Shown here: positions 1-7,309 of the stretch, piece by piece
Position numbering within the stretch: position 1 is the stretch's first letter
How the letters are laid out: every line of letters begins with the position of its first letter
Origin: an uncultured bacterium
GTDB lineage: Bacteria > Hydrothermota > Tepidihabitantia > CAYHGV01
DNA length: 51,313 bases
Assembly: GCA_964356135.1 (NCBI GenBank)
Contig: CAYHGV010000002.1
Location: 1-51,313, forward strand
Direction: 5' to 3'
The notes under the pieces: model-generated
The model's input: only the letters and a program-made list of their open reading frames with translations
Databases searched by the model: none
What the model was told of the DNA's origin: nothing
Made by a program: the position numbers and the translations under genes

Positions 1-1046
1 TTAAGAAAGGATACGCCACTTTTTTCAAATTTCCACACCTTTTTATATTATCTCCCAGGCAGTTGATCAAAGCAATGGTTGAAGTTATGAAACCCGAACC
101 TGATTTAACTATTTGTGACCCCGCCTGCGGCACCGGGGGGTTTATGCTCGTTGCACATGATTATATTGTTAAAAACTACAAACTTGATAAAGACCAAAAG
201 CAACATTTGAAATATAAGATGTTCAAAGGTAAGGATATCGTCGATGCGGTAGTCCGATTATGCGTTATGAACATGTATTTACACGGCATCGAAGCGACGA
301 TCGAAAGTGGCGACAGCCTTATTTCTGACCCGGGTGAGCGCTTTAATATGGTCTTAACAAATCCACCGTTCGGGAAAAAGAGTAGTGTTACTATTATTAA
401 CGGCGAAGGCAAATCCGATAGAGAATCTTTAACTTACGAACGACAGGATTTCTGGGCAACAACATCTAACAAGCAACTGAATTTTCTCCAGCATTGCAAA
501 ACTCTGTTAAAAATAAACGGCCGGTGCGCCATCGTTGTCCCTGATAATGTCCTTTTTGAAGGCGGTGCCGGCGAGACGGTACGCAGGAAACTGCTTCATG
601 AATGCGATGTCCATACCCTTTTACGACTTTCCACCGGCATTTTTTATGCCCAGGGTGTTAAGGCAAATGTCCTATTCTTCGATAGAAAACCGGCAAGCGA
701 AAAACCCTGGACCGAGAAACTATGGATATACGATTTAAGAACTAATAAGCACTTTACCCTCAAAGAGAATCCTTTGCGTTACGAGGATTTACAGGACTTT
801 ATCAAGTGTTACAATCCAGCAAAACGAAATGATAGAAAAAAAACCGAACGGTTCAAGGTGTTTACCTATAACGAACTGATGCAAAGGGACAAAGTAAGCC
901 TCGATATATTCTGGTTAAAGGACGAGAGCCTCGAAGATTACGATAACTTACCCGCACCCGACATTCTCGCCCGCGAAATCGCCGACAACCTCGACTCGGC
1001 CTTAGAACAGTTTAGAGGCATTTATGAGGATTTAAGTAAGAAATAA
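1..1046 (+). CDS. hsdM: Type I restriction-modification DNA methyltransferase subunit HsdM (N6-adenine), 5'-partial at window edge
   Basis: Frame 3 has no stop from nt 3 to the TAA at 1044-1046, and the listed ORF starts at an internal TTG (nt 63). SPRQLIKAMVEVMKP resembles the TPRPLIK segment of EcoKI-type HsdM. AdoMet motif I is DPACGTGGF and catalytic motif IV is LTNPPFG. The first ~20 codons align less well. Confidence 0.85.
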   Translation, partial: KKGYATFFKFPHLFILSPRQLIKAMVEVMKPEPDLTICDPACGTGGFMLVAHDYIVKNYKLDKDQKQHLKYKMFKGKDIVDAVVRLCVMNMYLHGIEATIESGDSLISDPGERFNMVLTNPPFGKKSSVTIINGEGKSDRESLTYERQDFWATTSNKQLNFLQHCKTLLKINGRCAIVVPDNVLFEGGAGETVRRKLLHECDVHTLLRLSTGIFYAQGVKANVLFFDRKPASEKPWTEKLWIYDLRTNKHFTLKENPLRYEDLQDFIKCYNPAKRNDRKKTERFKVFTYNELMQRDKVSLDIFWLKDESLEDYDNLPAPDILAREIADNLDSALEQFRGIYEDLSKK

Positions 1047-1062
1047 AATAAAAGGAGGAACA

Positions 1063-2763
1063 ATGGCTGCATTAAGATCAGAAACGAGACCAACCACAAT
1101 GACGGTTGCTGAGTTGGTTAGATTATTCAAAAGGGGTGGAATACAGATACCAGAAATTCAAAGAGATGTGGTCTGGGAACCAGAAGACGTCAAAAATTTA
1201 ATAGATTCGATATTTCATGATTACCCTTGTGGGAGTTTAATAATGTGGGAACCACGAATTAAAGATGAACACATCATAAGGGATTTAATTAGACCTGAGA
1301 GACAGAAAATGTTTCCTGAGCCACCCCAATATTTTCTGGTTGATGGTCAACAACGTTTAACGGCACTTACGGCAATCATTATTGGATCAGATTTTATAAA
1401 TAATCTCGAACGTGAATCCGAATACAATTGGCCAACATTTTACTTTAACATCGACTTGAATCTAAATAAGACAAAAAATATCCAAAAAGCCATTGAAGCT
1501 TCATCGGAAACCGGCTACTACGCCTTTCCTTGGGTACCAATTCAAGCCTTGTTTGATGGAAATTTAGAAAGTTCCAAGAATTTCAAAAAGCTTTCAGATG
1601 AAAAACGCAAACAACTATCCGATTTTAGAGATATGATATCTACTTACTCTTTTCCAGTACAAATAATCAAAGGATTTGATTACCCTGATATTGGTGAAAT
1701 CTTTTGGAGGGTCAATTACCTAGGTACTCAGATTTCAGGAGCCGAAATTCACATTGCTAAAATTATACCTTACTGGAAGGGAATAGCAAAAGAATTTAGA
1801 AAATACTTGAGAGAGCTTGAAAAAGATAAATATATACTTGACCTAACTTTCTTAATGCGATGTTTAACCGCTTTAGGAACAAATCAATCTAAAATTGATA
1901 AGTTCTCTGATCAAGTAAAAAGCGGCAAATTGTCTAAAAATGCATTAAATCGCATTTGGAAAACGAGTAGAAAACATGTTGACAAACTCGTTCGAATTCT
2001 GAAATCAAGTGCATATCTTGATAAAACGAAATACTTCACATCAAAGAATGTCTTAGTACCTCTTGTTTATTATCTAAGTAAGAATGCCGGACGATATATT
2101 GACGAAAAAGCTATACTTCGATTCTTTTTCTTTTCTCAACTTGGAAATCATTACTCCGGCAGCACTGATACTGTCTTAAAGAAAGATTTACAACCTTTAT
2201 CAAAGCCAAAGACCAGCATAAAAAAAGCTTTACAGGACCTTTGCTCAGATATCGAGAGCGAAACAAAACAGGAATATAAAGGTCTCTATGTCGCCCCTCA
2301 TAAAATAATGGGTTCCCCCACTAAGAATCCATTAATTTTGTTGATGTATGCGATCATGAAAAAATCCGGGGCAACAGATTTTGATCTAAGCAATAAACGT
2401 TACCTCGATGAAATTGCACCTGATGAAATTCATCTCCATCATATATTTCCATACGACTTTATGATGAAGAGTAAAGAAGCTAAAGCATATCAGCTTTCAA
2501 AAGGTTTAACAGCTAGTGAATTTCGTGCAGAAGTTAATGACATTGCAAACCTAACTTTCATAAGCAAGAATCAGAATAGTAGTATCGGCAAAGAATCTCC
2601 ATGGCAGTATATGCCTAATTATACGACAAAAGATAACCTCAAAAACCATTTCATACCAACTCAAGAGAAATATTGGCGACCTCAAAAATATGATAAATTC
2701 CTCAAAAAGCGAAGAAAATTACTTTCAAAAGCAATTAATAAATTCCTCAAATCAATGAAATAA
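1063..2763 (+). CDS. DUF262 + DUF1524 protein (GmrSD-like type IV restriction / ParB-like NTPase fused to His-Me nuclease)
   Basis: SD AAGGAGG lies just upstream of the ATG. N-terminal DUF262 signatures are IPEIQRDVVW and FLVDGQQRLTAL. The C-terminal HNH/His-Me-like DUF1524 signature is EIHLHHIFP ... NDIANLTFISKNQNSSIG. The gene starts 16 nt after hsdM. Confidence 0.75.
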   Translation: MAALRSETRPTTMTVAELVRLFKRGGIQIPEIQRDVVWEPEDVKNLIDSIFHDYPCGSLIMWEPRIKDEHIIRDLIRPERQKMFPEPPQYFLVDGQQRLTALTAIIIGSDFINNLERESEYNWPTFYFNIDLNLNKTKNIQKAIEASSETGYYAFPWVPIQALFDGNLESSKNFKKLSDEKRKQLSDFRDMISTYSFPVQIIKGFDYPDIGEIFWRVNYLGTQISGAEIHIAKIIPYWKGIAKEFRKYLRELEKDKYILDLTFLMRCLTALGTNQSKIDKFSDQVKSGKLSKNALNRIWKTSRKHVDKLVRILKSSAYLDKTKYFTSKNVLVPLVYYLSKNAGRYIDEKAILRFFFFSQLGNHYSGSTDTVLKKDLQPLSKPKTSIKKALQDLCSDIESETKQEYKGLYVAPHKIMGSPTKNPLILLMYAIMKKSGATDFDLSNKRYLDEIAPDEIHLHHIFPYDFMMKSKEAKAYQLSKGLTASEFRAEVNDIANLTFISKNQNSSIGKESPWQYMPNYTTKDNLKNHFIPTQEKYWRPQKYDKFLKKRRKLLSKAINKFLKSMK

Positions 2764-2977
2764 ATCGTGAGGTATACGAAGGAGCAGAGATCATATTATC
2801 CCGTATTACAATAAAGGGAACGGGCTACTTTTCAGTTTGTTTTGATCATTAAGAGTGGAGTATCCCTTGGGCAATCCCCTGAAATCCTCCGCTCCCTAAC
2901 GCCCGATGGCAGATTCATAATCCCTTTGTTTCAAACTTCAATGTCTTTCATTATAGGACCCAAATAAGCGAGTGTTT

Positions 2978-3691
2978 TTAAATTGCTTCTGCAGAAACTT
3001 TAAAAGTCGCTAAAATCAGACTTTTTGCATAGTGAGGATGGATGAACCCTCGTCCCAGTATATTCTGAAGAAAAAGGCGATAAAGGATAATTATTAGTGC
3101 TCGGACCCCATCTTTTATCGCTTTCCTTTTCCTACCCAGGGCTCGAAATGACTCTGCCCGGCAAATATAGTAGTGTGCTGCCATCAGTTTCGGTACTAAA
3201 GAAATAGCTTCGGTGAGATCTTTTATAGCCTCTCCATATTCACCAATTTTAAGAAAGAGTGCCCCTCGATTGCCCCAAATAGACCAGTTTTTCGGGTCGA
3301 GCTCAATGGCTTTTGTAAATCCAGCCAACGCTCTATCATTCATTCCCTTCTCTTTGAATAAAAAAGCCTGGCGATTAAATTCTTCACCGGTAGTTGGTGT
3401 GAAATCAACATCAAACACATCATTCACGATGACCTTCTCCTCAGTCCTCAACACATCGTCAATAAAATCAACGCTGACGGTAACCGTTTCCCCTTTTCGG
3501 TAGCCGTAGGTTTTTACGAAGGCGTTGTAGACCTTGCCGACATAGACTGGGTCGACCGGGTAAAATTTCCCGGTTGGGTCAGTGCCGATAAGCGACTCAA
3601 TCAAGCCGCGATTCAATTTCTTTTTCCCATCCGCTCGGATTATCCCCTGGCGGCGGAAATGGTTAAAAATGGCTTGGGCATAGGTAATCAT
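2978..3691 (-). CDS. TPR-repeat protein with unassigned N-terminal domain
   Basis: ATG 3691 lies 2 nt after the stop of the upstream ORF (3694), so the two are translationally coupled. TPR-like repeats are AFLFKEKGMNDRALAGFTKAIELDP and WGNRGALFLKIGEYGEAIKDLTEAISLVP. I recognise no motif in the first ~100 aa. Confidence 0.6.
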   Translation of the reverse strand: MITYAQAIFNHFRRQGIIRADGKKKLNRGLIESLIGTDPTGKFYPVDPVYVGKVYNAFVKTYGYRKGETVTVSVDFIDDVLRTEEKVIVNDVFDVDFTPTTGEEFNRQAFLFKEKGMNDRALAGFTKAIELDPKNWSIWGNRGALFLKIGEYGEAIKDLTEAISLVPKLMAAHYYICRAESFRALGRKRKAIKDGVRALIIILYRLFLQNILGRGFIHPHYAKSLILATFKVSAEAI

Positions 3692-3693
3692 AT

Positions 3694-4734
3694 TTATTTT
3701 TCCTTGATTATTTTAGGTAGAATTTCCTCCAGTTTCTCTTTTCCTATCCAATGTAGAGATTTTTTTAACCATTCCATAGAGCGGCAGTTTTTAGAAGTGC
3801 ATTCAATTAGCCACTTAGCATCGAGAGTCTTATCTTTATCAGTTTCATCTGATTTGGTAAGGCCCAGCGTATAATCGGAAGGGCCTTCGTGTTTAATGTT
3901 TTCTATTCGCTTGACCTGAAAACTTACTTCACTTTTGTCGGAATTTACAGGAAGCCCGAGTTCTTCTCTAATAGTTTTGCCGTCTTCAGCTTCGGTTTTG
4001 GTTATTATATCAATATCTTTCGTCGTTCCACCCCGCCAAGCAGGACAGTGGAAACCTCTTTCGTGAAGATTTAAGAACAGGAGAGTTTCAAATTCAAGTG
4101 GGCTGAGACATTCGATAAGCTCTGTAGAATCTTTAGGAAGTTGCATGGCCTCTAGTTCATTCATAACCCATCGTGCTGCTTGTATATGCCAAAATTCTTT
4201 TTCTTGATTTTCCTCCAGTTTTTTGAAGGTTACACTGCTAAAAGCTCGGCTATTAGGAAGCGTAGCAAGTATATGTGGTATCTTAGCGAGTTCTTTTGAA
4301 TGAACCACTTCGCAATAGATATATTTAGGAATAATTTCGCTTTCTTTATATTTCCAATTTTCTTTAACGCCGTCATTATATTTCTTTATCATATCATCTC
4401 CAGCCAAGTCACAGACTTTATCGCCACTAATTTTAAGAATATGTAGCTTTCCTTTATTAAAGACGAGGAACCTGCTTTTTTCTTTATTGTTTTCTACTGC
4501 CGTAAAAAATTCTTTTATTTGACCCCAGTCCCTTTTTGATATTTTGCTATGCTCTAGTGGACCTGTATGATTTATATTACTTCTGATTTCCTCAGATTTT
4601 ATTCCACCAAAATAGATTGCTACTGCAGGGCAACCTAAAGCGTTTTGCGAGTTTTCTAATTGTAACCAGTAGTTAGCTAAGGAATTTGATACACCTAATT
4701 TCATCCAATAAAAATCTATCTTTTCATTCGCCAT
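3694..4734 (-). CDS. Mrr-like PD-(D/E)xK restriction endonuclease domain protein with novel N-terminal domain
   Basis: The C-terminal LSPLEFETLLFLNLHERGF...TKDIDIITK...VSFQVKR fits the Mrr_cat pattern (FE..L...GF, D-x-D, Q-x-K-R). The N-terminal ~220 aa are unassigned. The track ORF extends to 4860, but ATG 4734 (MANEKIDFY) has the SD AAGGAGG 5 nt upstream, so 4734 is preferred. Confidence 0.65.
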   Translation of the reverse strand: MANEKIDFYWMKLGVSNSLANYWLQLENSQNALGCPAVAIYFGGIKSEEIRSNINHTGPLEHSKISKRDWGQIKEFFTAVENNKEKSRFLVFNKGKLHILKISGDKVCDLAGDDMIKKYNDGVKENWKYKESEIIPKYIYCEVVHSKELAKIPHILATLPNSRAFSSVTFKKLEENQEKEFWHIQAARWVMNELEAMQLPKDSTELIECLSPLEFETLLFLNLHERGFHCPAWRGGTTKDIDIITKTEAEDGKTIREELGLPVNSDKSEVSFQVKRIENIKHEGPSDYTLGLTKSDETDKDKTLDAKWLIECTSKNCRSMEWLKKSLHWIGKEKLEEILPKIIKEK

Positions 4735-4799
4735 AAACACCTCCTTTTTAATCCTTTCACTAATGTTATTATCACTTAAGCACTTGTCAATATTTTTCA

Positions 4800-5048
4800 T
4801 CAGTCTATTATTCCGTTTTTGACGAGCCATCTTTTCATTTCGCCTAATCGTTTTTCCCATTCTTCTATCGTCCTTTTGCCGTTTTCAATTGAGGACTCTA
4901 ATTCCCTAATAAACTCCAGAGGTTTATTATGTTGCCGGGTCTTTATAAGGATGTCAATGATACAGGCTTGATTTTCTTTGAAATCCGCTACAATCTTCTC
5001 CCGCTCCTTGTATTCGGTATAAACCCTGGATACAAGGGGGGACAGCGA
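4800..5048 (-). pseudogene. Start-less 82-codon open frame (possible C-terminal gene remnant)
   Basis: Hand translation of the minus strand gives SLSPLVSRVYTEYKEREKIVADFKENQACIIDILIKTRQHNKPLEFIRELESSIENGKRTIEEWEKRLGEMKRWLVKNGIID*. It is bounded upstream by TAG (5049-5051). It has no in-frame ATG/GTG/TTG until 10 codons before the stop, and it abuts the repeat block at 5101-5160. Confidence 0.25.
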
Positions 5049-5100
5049 CTATTTTCCGTTAAAGCGCCGAAATCGCAGTAACCGCAGGAGACGATAGAAT

Positions 5101-5160
5101 GAGCAAGGGAGATTGGGAGCTGAGGTGCGAGGAAATTTAACAAAAATAGAACGCAGAAAC
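5101..5160 (-). repeat. Dispersed repeat copy A (pairs with 6326-6393)
   Basis: gagcaagggagattgggagc..tgaggtgcgaggaaatttaacaaaaatagaacgcagaaac is near-identical to 6326-6393 apart from an 8-nt insertion and a few substitutions. The pyrimidine-rich strand is the minus strand. Confidence 0.8.
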
Positions 5161-5240
5161 CGCAGAAAGGTTTCAGACTACCTGTGCAGGAGTGAAAATC
5201 AAAATCTTATCTGCCCCTTTCCCCCACCGTAAGTTTATCC

Positions 5241-5269
5241 TTGACGGAAGGATAAAAACTCAATAGTAT
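5241..5269 (+). promoter_or_regulatory. Sigma70-like promoter upstream of SWIM gene
   Basis: TTGACG (5241-5246), a 17-nt spacer, then TAGTAT (5264-5269). Confidence 0.45.
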
Positions 5270-5362
5270 GTCCTTATAAGAAGGATAAAATGATAATTAA
5301 AGGGGTAATCATTTACACACTTATTTCCTTGCAAAAATCTTGCCAGTTTTCTTTTTCTCTTT

Positions 5363-6250
5363 ATGCAAATCATATCGGCGACTGAATCGCTATTGAATAA
5401 ATCTGAAGAAGAGGTTTGGTTTCGGGGGGAAGCGTATGCGGATACGGGCAGAGTTACGATAGTAAGGGCGGACGATAAGGGAGTTGAAGCGATAGCGAGC
5501 GGCACGAAAAAGTATAAAGTCTCACTAAAATTTGTTGCCAATGGGATCAGCCGGGATTGCTCCTGTCCTTATCCGAAGGGAATTTGCAAGCACATGGTTG
5601 CGACGGCGATTATTTGGGACGAAATGCGTAGGATTAAAAGACCCGATAAAAAAGCAATAAAATCTTATACCATTGCCCCGCCAGCAGTTTCACGGCGGGA
5701 AATAGATATACTTTTCAACGACCCCTTAAATGCTAATTTAAATATACTCCGGATTGCCGCTGATGTTTTTGCCCGCTCGCCACGTGAACATAGCCGGTTA
5801 CCCAACTGTCCTAAAATTGACTTCGACGATAAAAGCCCTTTGAAACTTAAAGAGATAGAAAAGGCCTTTCGGGAAATGGAACGCTGGGGGAAACGGTTGA
5901 CTTATGATCCCTATTTCTGCGCCGGCGAAATGGCAGCCGCATTTTGCGAGTTATTACAGGTGATTGAAAAACGGATTTCTGTTTCTGAACCCGGCGTGGC
6001 CATCCTTATTATGGCTCATTGTGTTGATTGGTATTACCGGGGATTTAATCAAATGGTTGATAGCAGTGACGGAGTCTGGCTTTTTCCGACAGTAAGAATC
6101 GGAAAGGTAGTTGCTCTCTTAAAAGAAAAATATCCTTCCCATTCTGCCTGGTTAGATTTTGAAAAGGTAGTAAAAAGGGTTGGGGAATGGTGGGGGGAAC
6201 CGGAGTTGAATAGAGAGGTAATCGCGGGCTGGAAAGATAGCCGACTTTAA
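5363..6250 (+). CDS. SWIM zinc-finger domain protein
   Basis: CSCPYPKGICKHMVATAIIW matches the CxCxnCxH SWIM finger. The rest is helical and unassigned. Confidence 0.75.
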   Translation: MQIISATESLLNKSEEEVWFRGEAYADTGRVTIVRADDKGVEAIASGTKKYKVSLKFVANGISRDCSCPYPKGICKHMVATAIIWDEMRRIKRPDKKAIKSYTIAPPAVSRREIDILFNDPLNANLNILRIAADVFARSPREHSRLPNCPKIDFDDKSPLKLKEIEKAFREMERWGKRLTYDPYFCAGEMAAAFCELLQVIEKRISVSEPGVAILIMAHCVDWYYRGFNQMVDSSDGVWLFPTVRIGKVVALLKEKYPSHSAWLDFEKVVKRVGEWWGEPELNREVIAGWKDSRL

Positions 6251-6325
6251 GAAAACCACATTGAGTATTGGGTAATGGGACGATCAAGCAACAATAGAAC
6301 GGAGCACAACAGGAATCGCTGGAAG

Positions 6326-6393
6326 GAGCAAGGGAGAATGGGAGCAGGGGAGCTGGGGTGTGATGAATTGAACAAAAATAGAACGCAGGAAAC
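6326..6393 (-). repeat. Dispersed repeat copy B (pairs with 5101-5160)
   Basis: gagcaagggagaatgggagcaggggagctggggtgtgatgaattgaacaaaaatagaacgcaggaaac is a direct repeat of copy A, so the two copies bracket the SWIM gene. Confidence 0.8.
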
Positions 6394-6442
6394 GTCTTTT
6401 AAACAATAAAGCTATTGAGTCAATAAAATATGAATATCTGCG

Positions 6443-6471
6443 TTGACAAGCGAAAAAGGATTCTGTAAGTT
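6443..6471 (+). promoter_or_regulatory. Sigma70-like promoter upstream of AIM24-family gene
   Basis: TTGACA (6443-6448), a 17-nt spacer, then TAAGTT (6466-6471). SD AAGGAGG precedes ATG 6494. Confidence 0.5.
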
Positions 6472-6493
6472 GTGACAAACCAAGGAGGAATTA

Positions 6494-7168
6494 ATGGAAC
6501 ATGAAATACTCTATAAACCATCGTATTCGTTGGTCAAGATTAAACTCAACAAAGGCGAGACGGTACAAGCCGAATCGGGCGCGATGGTCAGCATGTCGAG
6601 CTCGGTCGAAATCGCTACCGCGATGAAAGGCGGGCTCTTCGGCGCTTTGAAACGCAGTGTCTTAGGCGGCGAAAGCTTTTTTATGAACACCTTCAAAGCG
6701 AACGATGCCGGTGAAGTAACCTTCGCCCCGGCGCTCCCGGGCGACATTCATCCCCTTGAGCTCAAAGGTCAGACCTACTTCGCCCAATCAACATCCTACA
6801 TCGCCTCGTCACCCGAAATTCAAGTTGACACCAAATGGGGCGGGGCGAAAACCTTCTTCTCCAAAGAAGGCTTTTACCTGCTCAAACTAAGCGGGACCGG
6901 CACAGTATTTGTCTCAAGCTATGGGGCAATCCATGAGGTTGACCTCGCCGCCGGACAGAAATACATCGTTGACACCGGCCATATGGTCGCGTTTGCCGAA
7001 GGGGTTGATTATAAGGTGAAAAAGGTCGGCGGGTTAAAATCGACGCTTTTGAGCGGTGAAGGGCTCGTCTGCGAACTGACCGGCCCGGGCAAGATACTCA
7101 TCCAGACCCGGTCGACCGATTCGTTCCTTGCCTGGCTGATTCCGCATCTGCCCAAGGCGGGTAGTTAA
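6494..7168 (+). CDS. AIM24 / TIGR00266 (DUF124) family protein
   Basis: The whole sequence has the typical family pattern (MEHEILYKPSYSLVKIKL..GETVQAESGAMVSMS...GPGKILIQTRS), the size is 224 aa, and there is a strong SD. Confidence 0.8.
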   Translation: MEHEILYKPSYSLVKIKLNKGETVQAESGAMVSMSSSVEIATAMKGGLFGALKRSVLGGESFFMNTFKANDAGEVTFAPALPGDIHPLELKGQTYFAQSTSYIASSPEIQVDTKWGGAKTFFSKEGFYLLKLSGTGTVFVSSYGAIHEVDLAAGQKYIVDTGHMVAFAEGVDYKVKKVGGLKSTLLSGEGLVCELTGPGKILIQTRSTDSFLAWLIPHLPKAGS

Positions 7169-7230
7169 CCAGAGCTTCTGAGCGGTGGAGTCATAAAACC
7201 AAAAAAATAGAATTTAAACCACCGGTAAAC

Positions 7231-7274
7231 AAAAAACCATCCGGCTACTGCGCTTAATCACCCAGTAGCCGGAT
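7231..7274 (-). terminator. Rho-independent terminator of the efflux operon
   Basis: A 12-bp stem ATCCGGCTACTG (7239-7250) / CAGTAGCCGGAT (7263-7274) encloses a 12-nt loop. On the minus strand the stem is followed by GG TTTTTT GTTT. Confidence 0.65.
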
Positions 7275-7309
7275 CGCTTCATTGCTCGATAGCGTTAAAG
7301 CTTAATCGC

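Noticed and set aside
4735-4860. 42-codon N-terminal extension of the Mrr-like ORF.
   Set aside because: It is a highly basic, low-complexity peptide with no SD at 4860. A strong AAGGAGG precedes ATG 4734. I keep it as an alternative start only.
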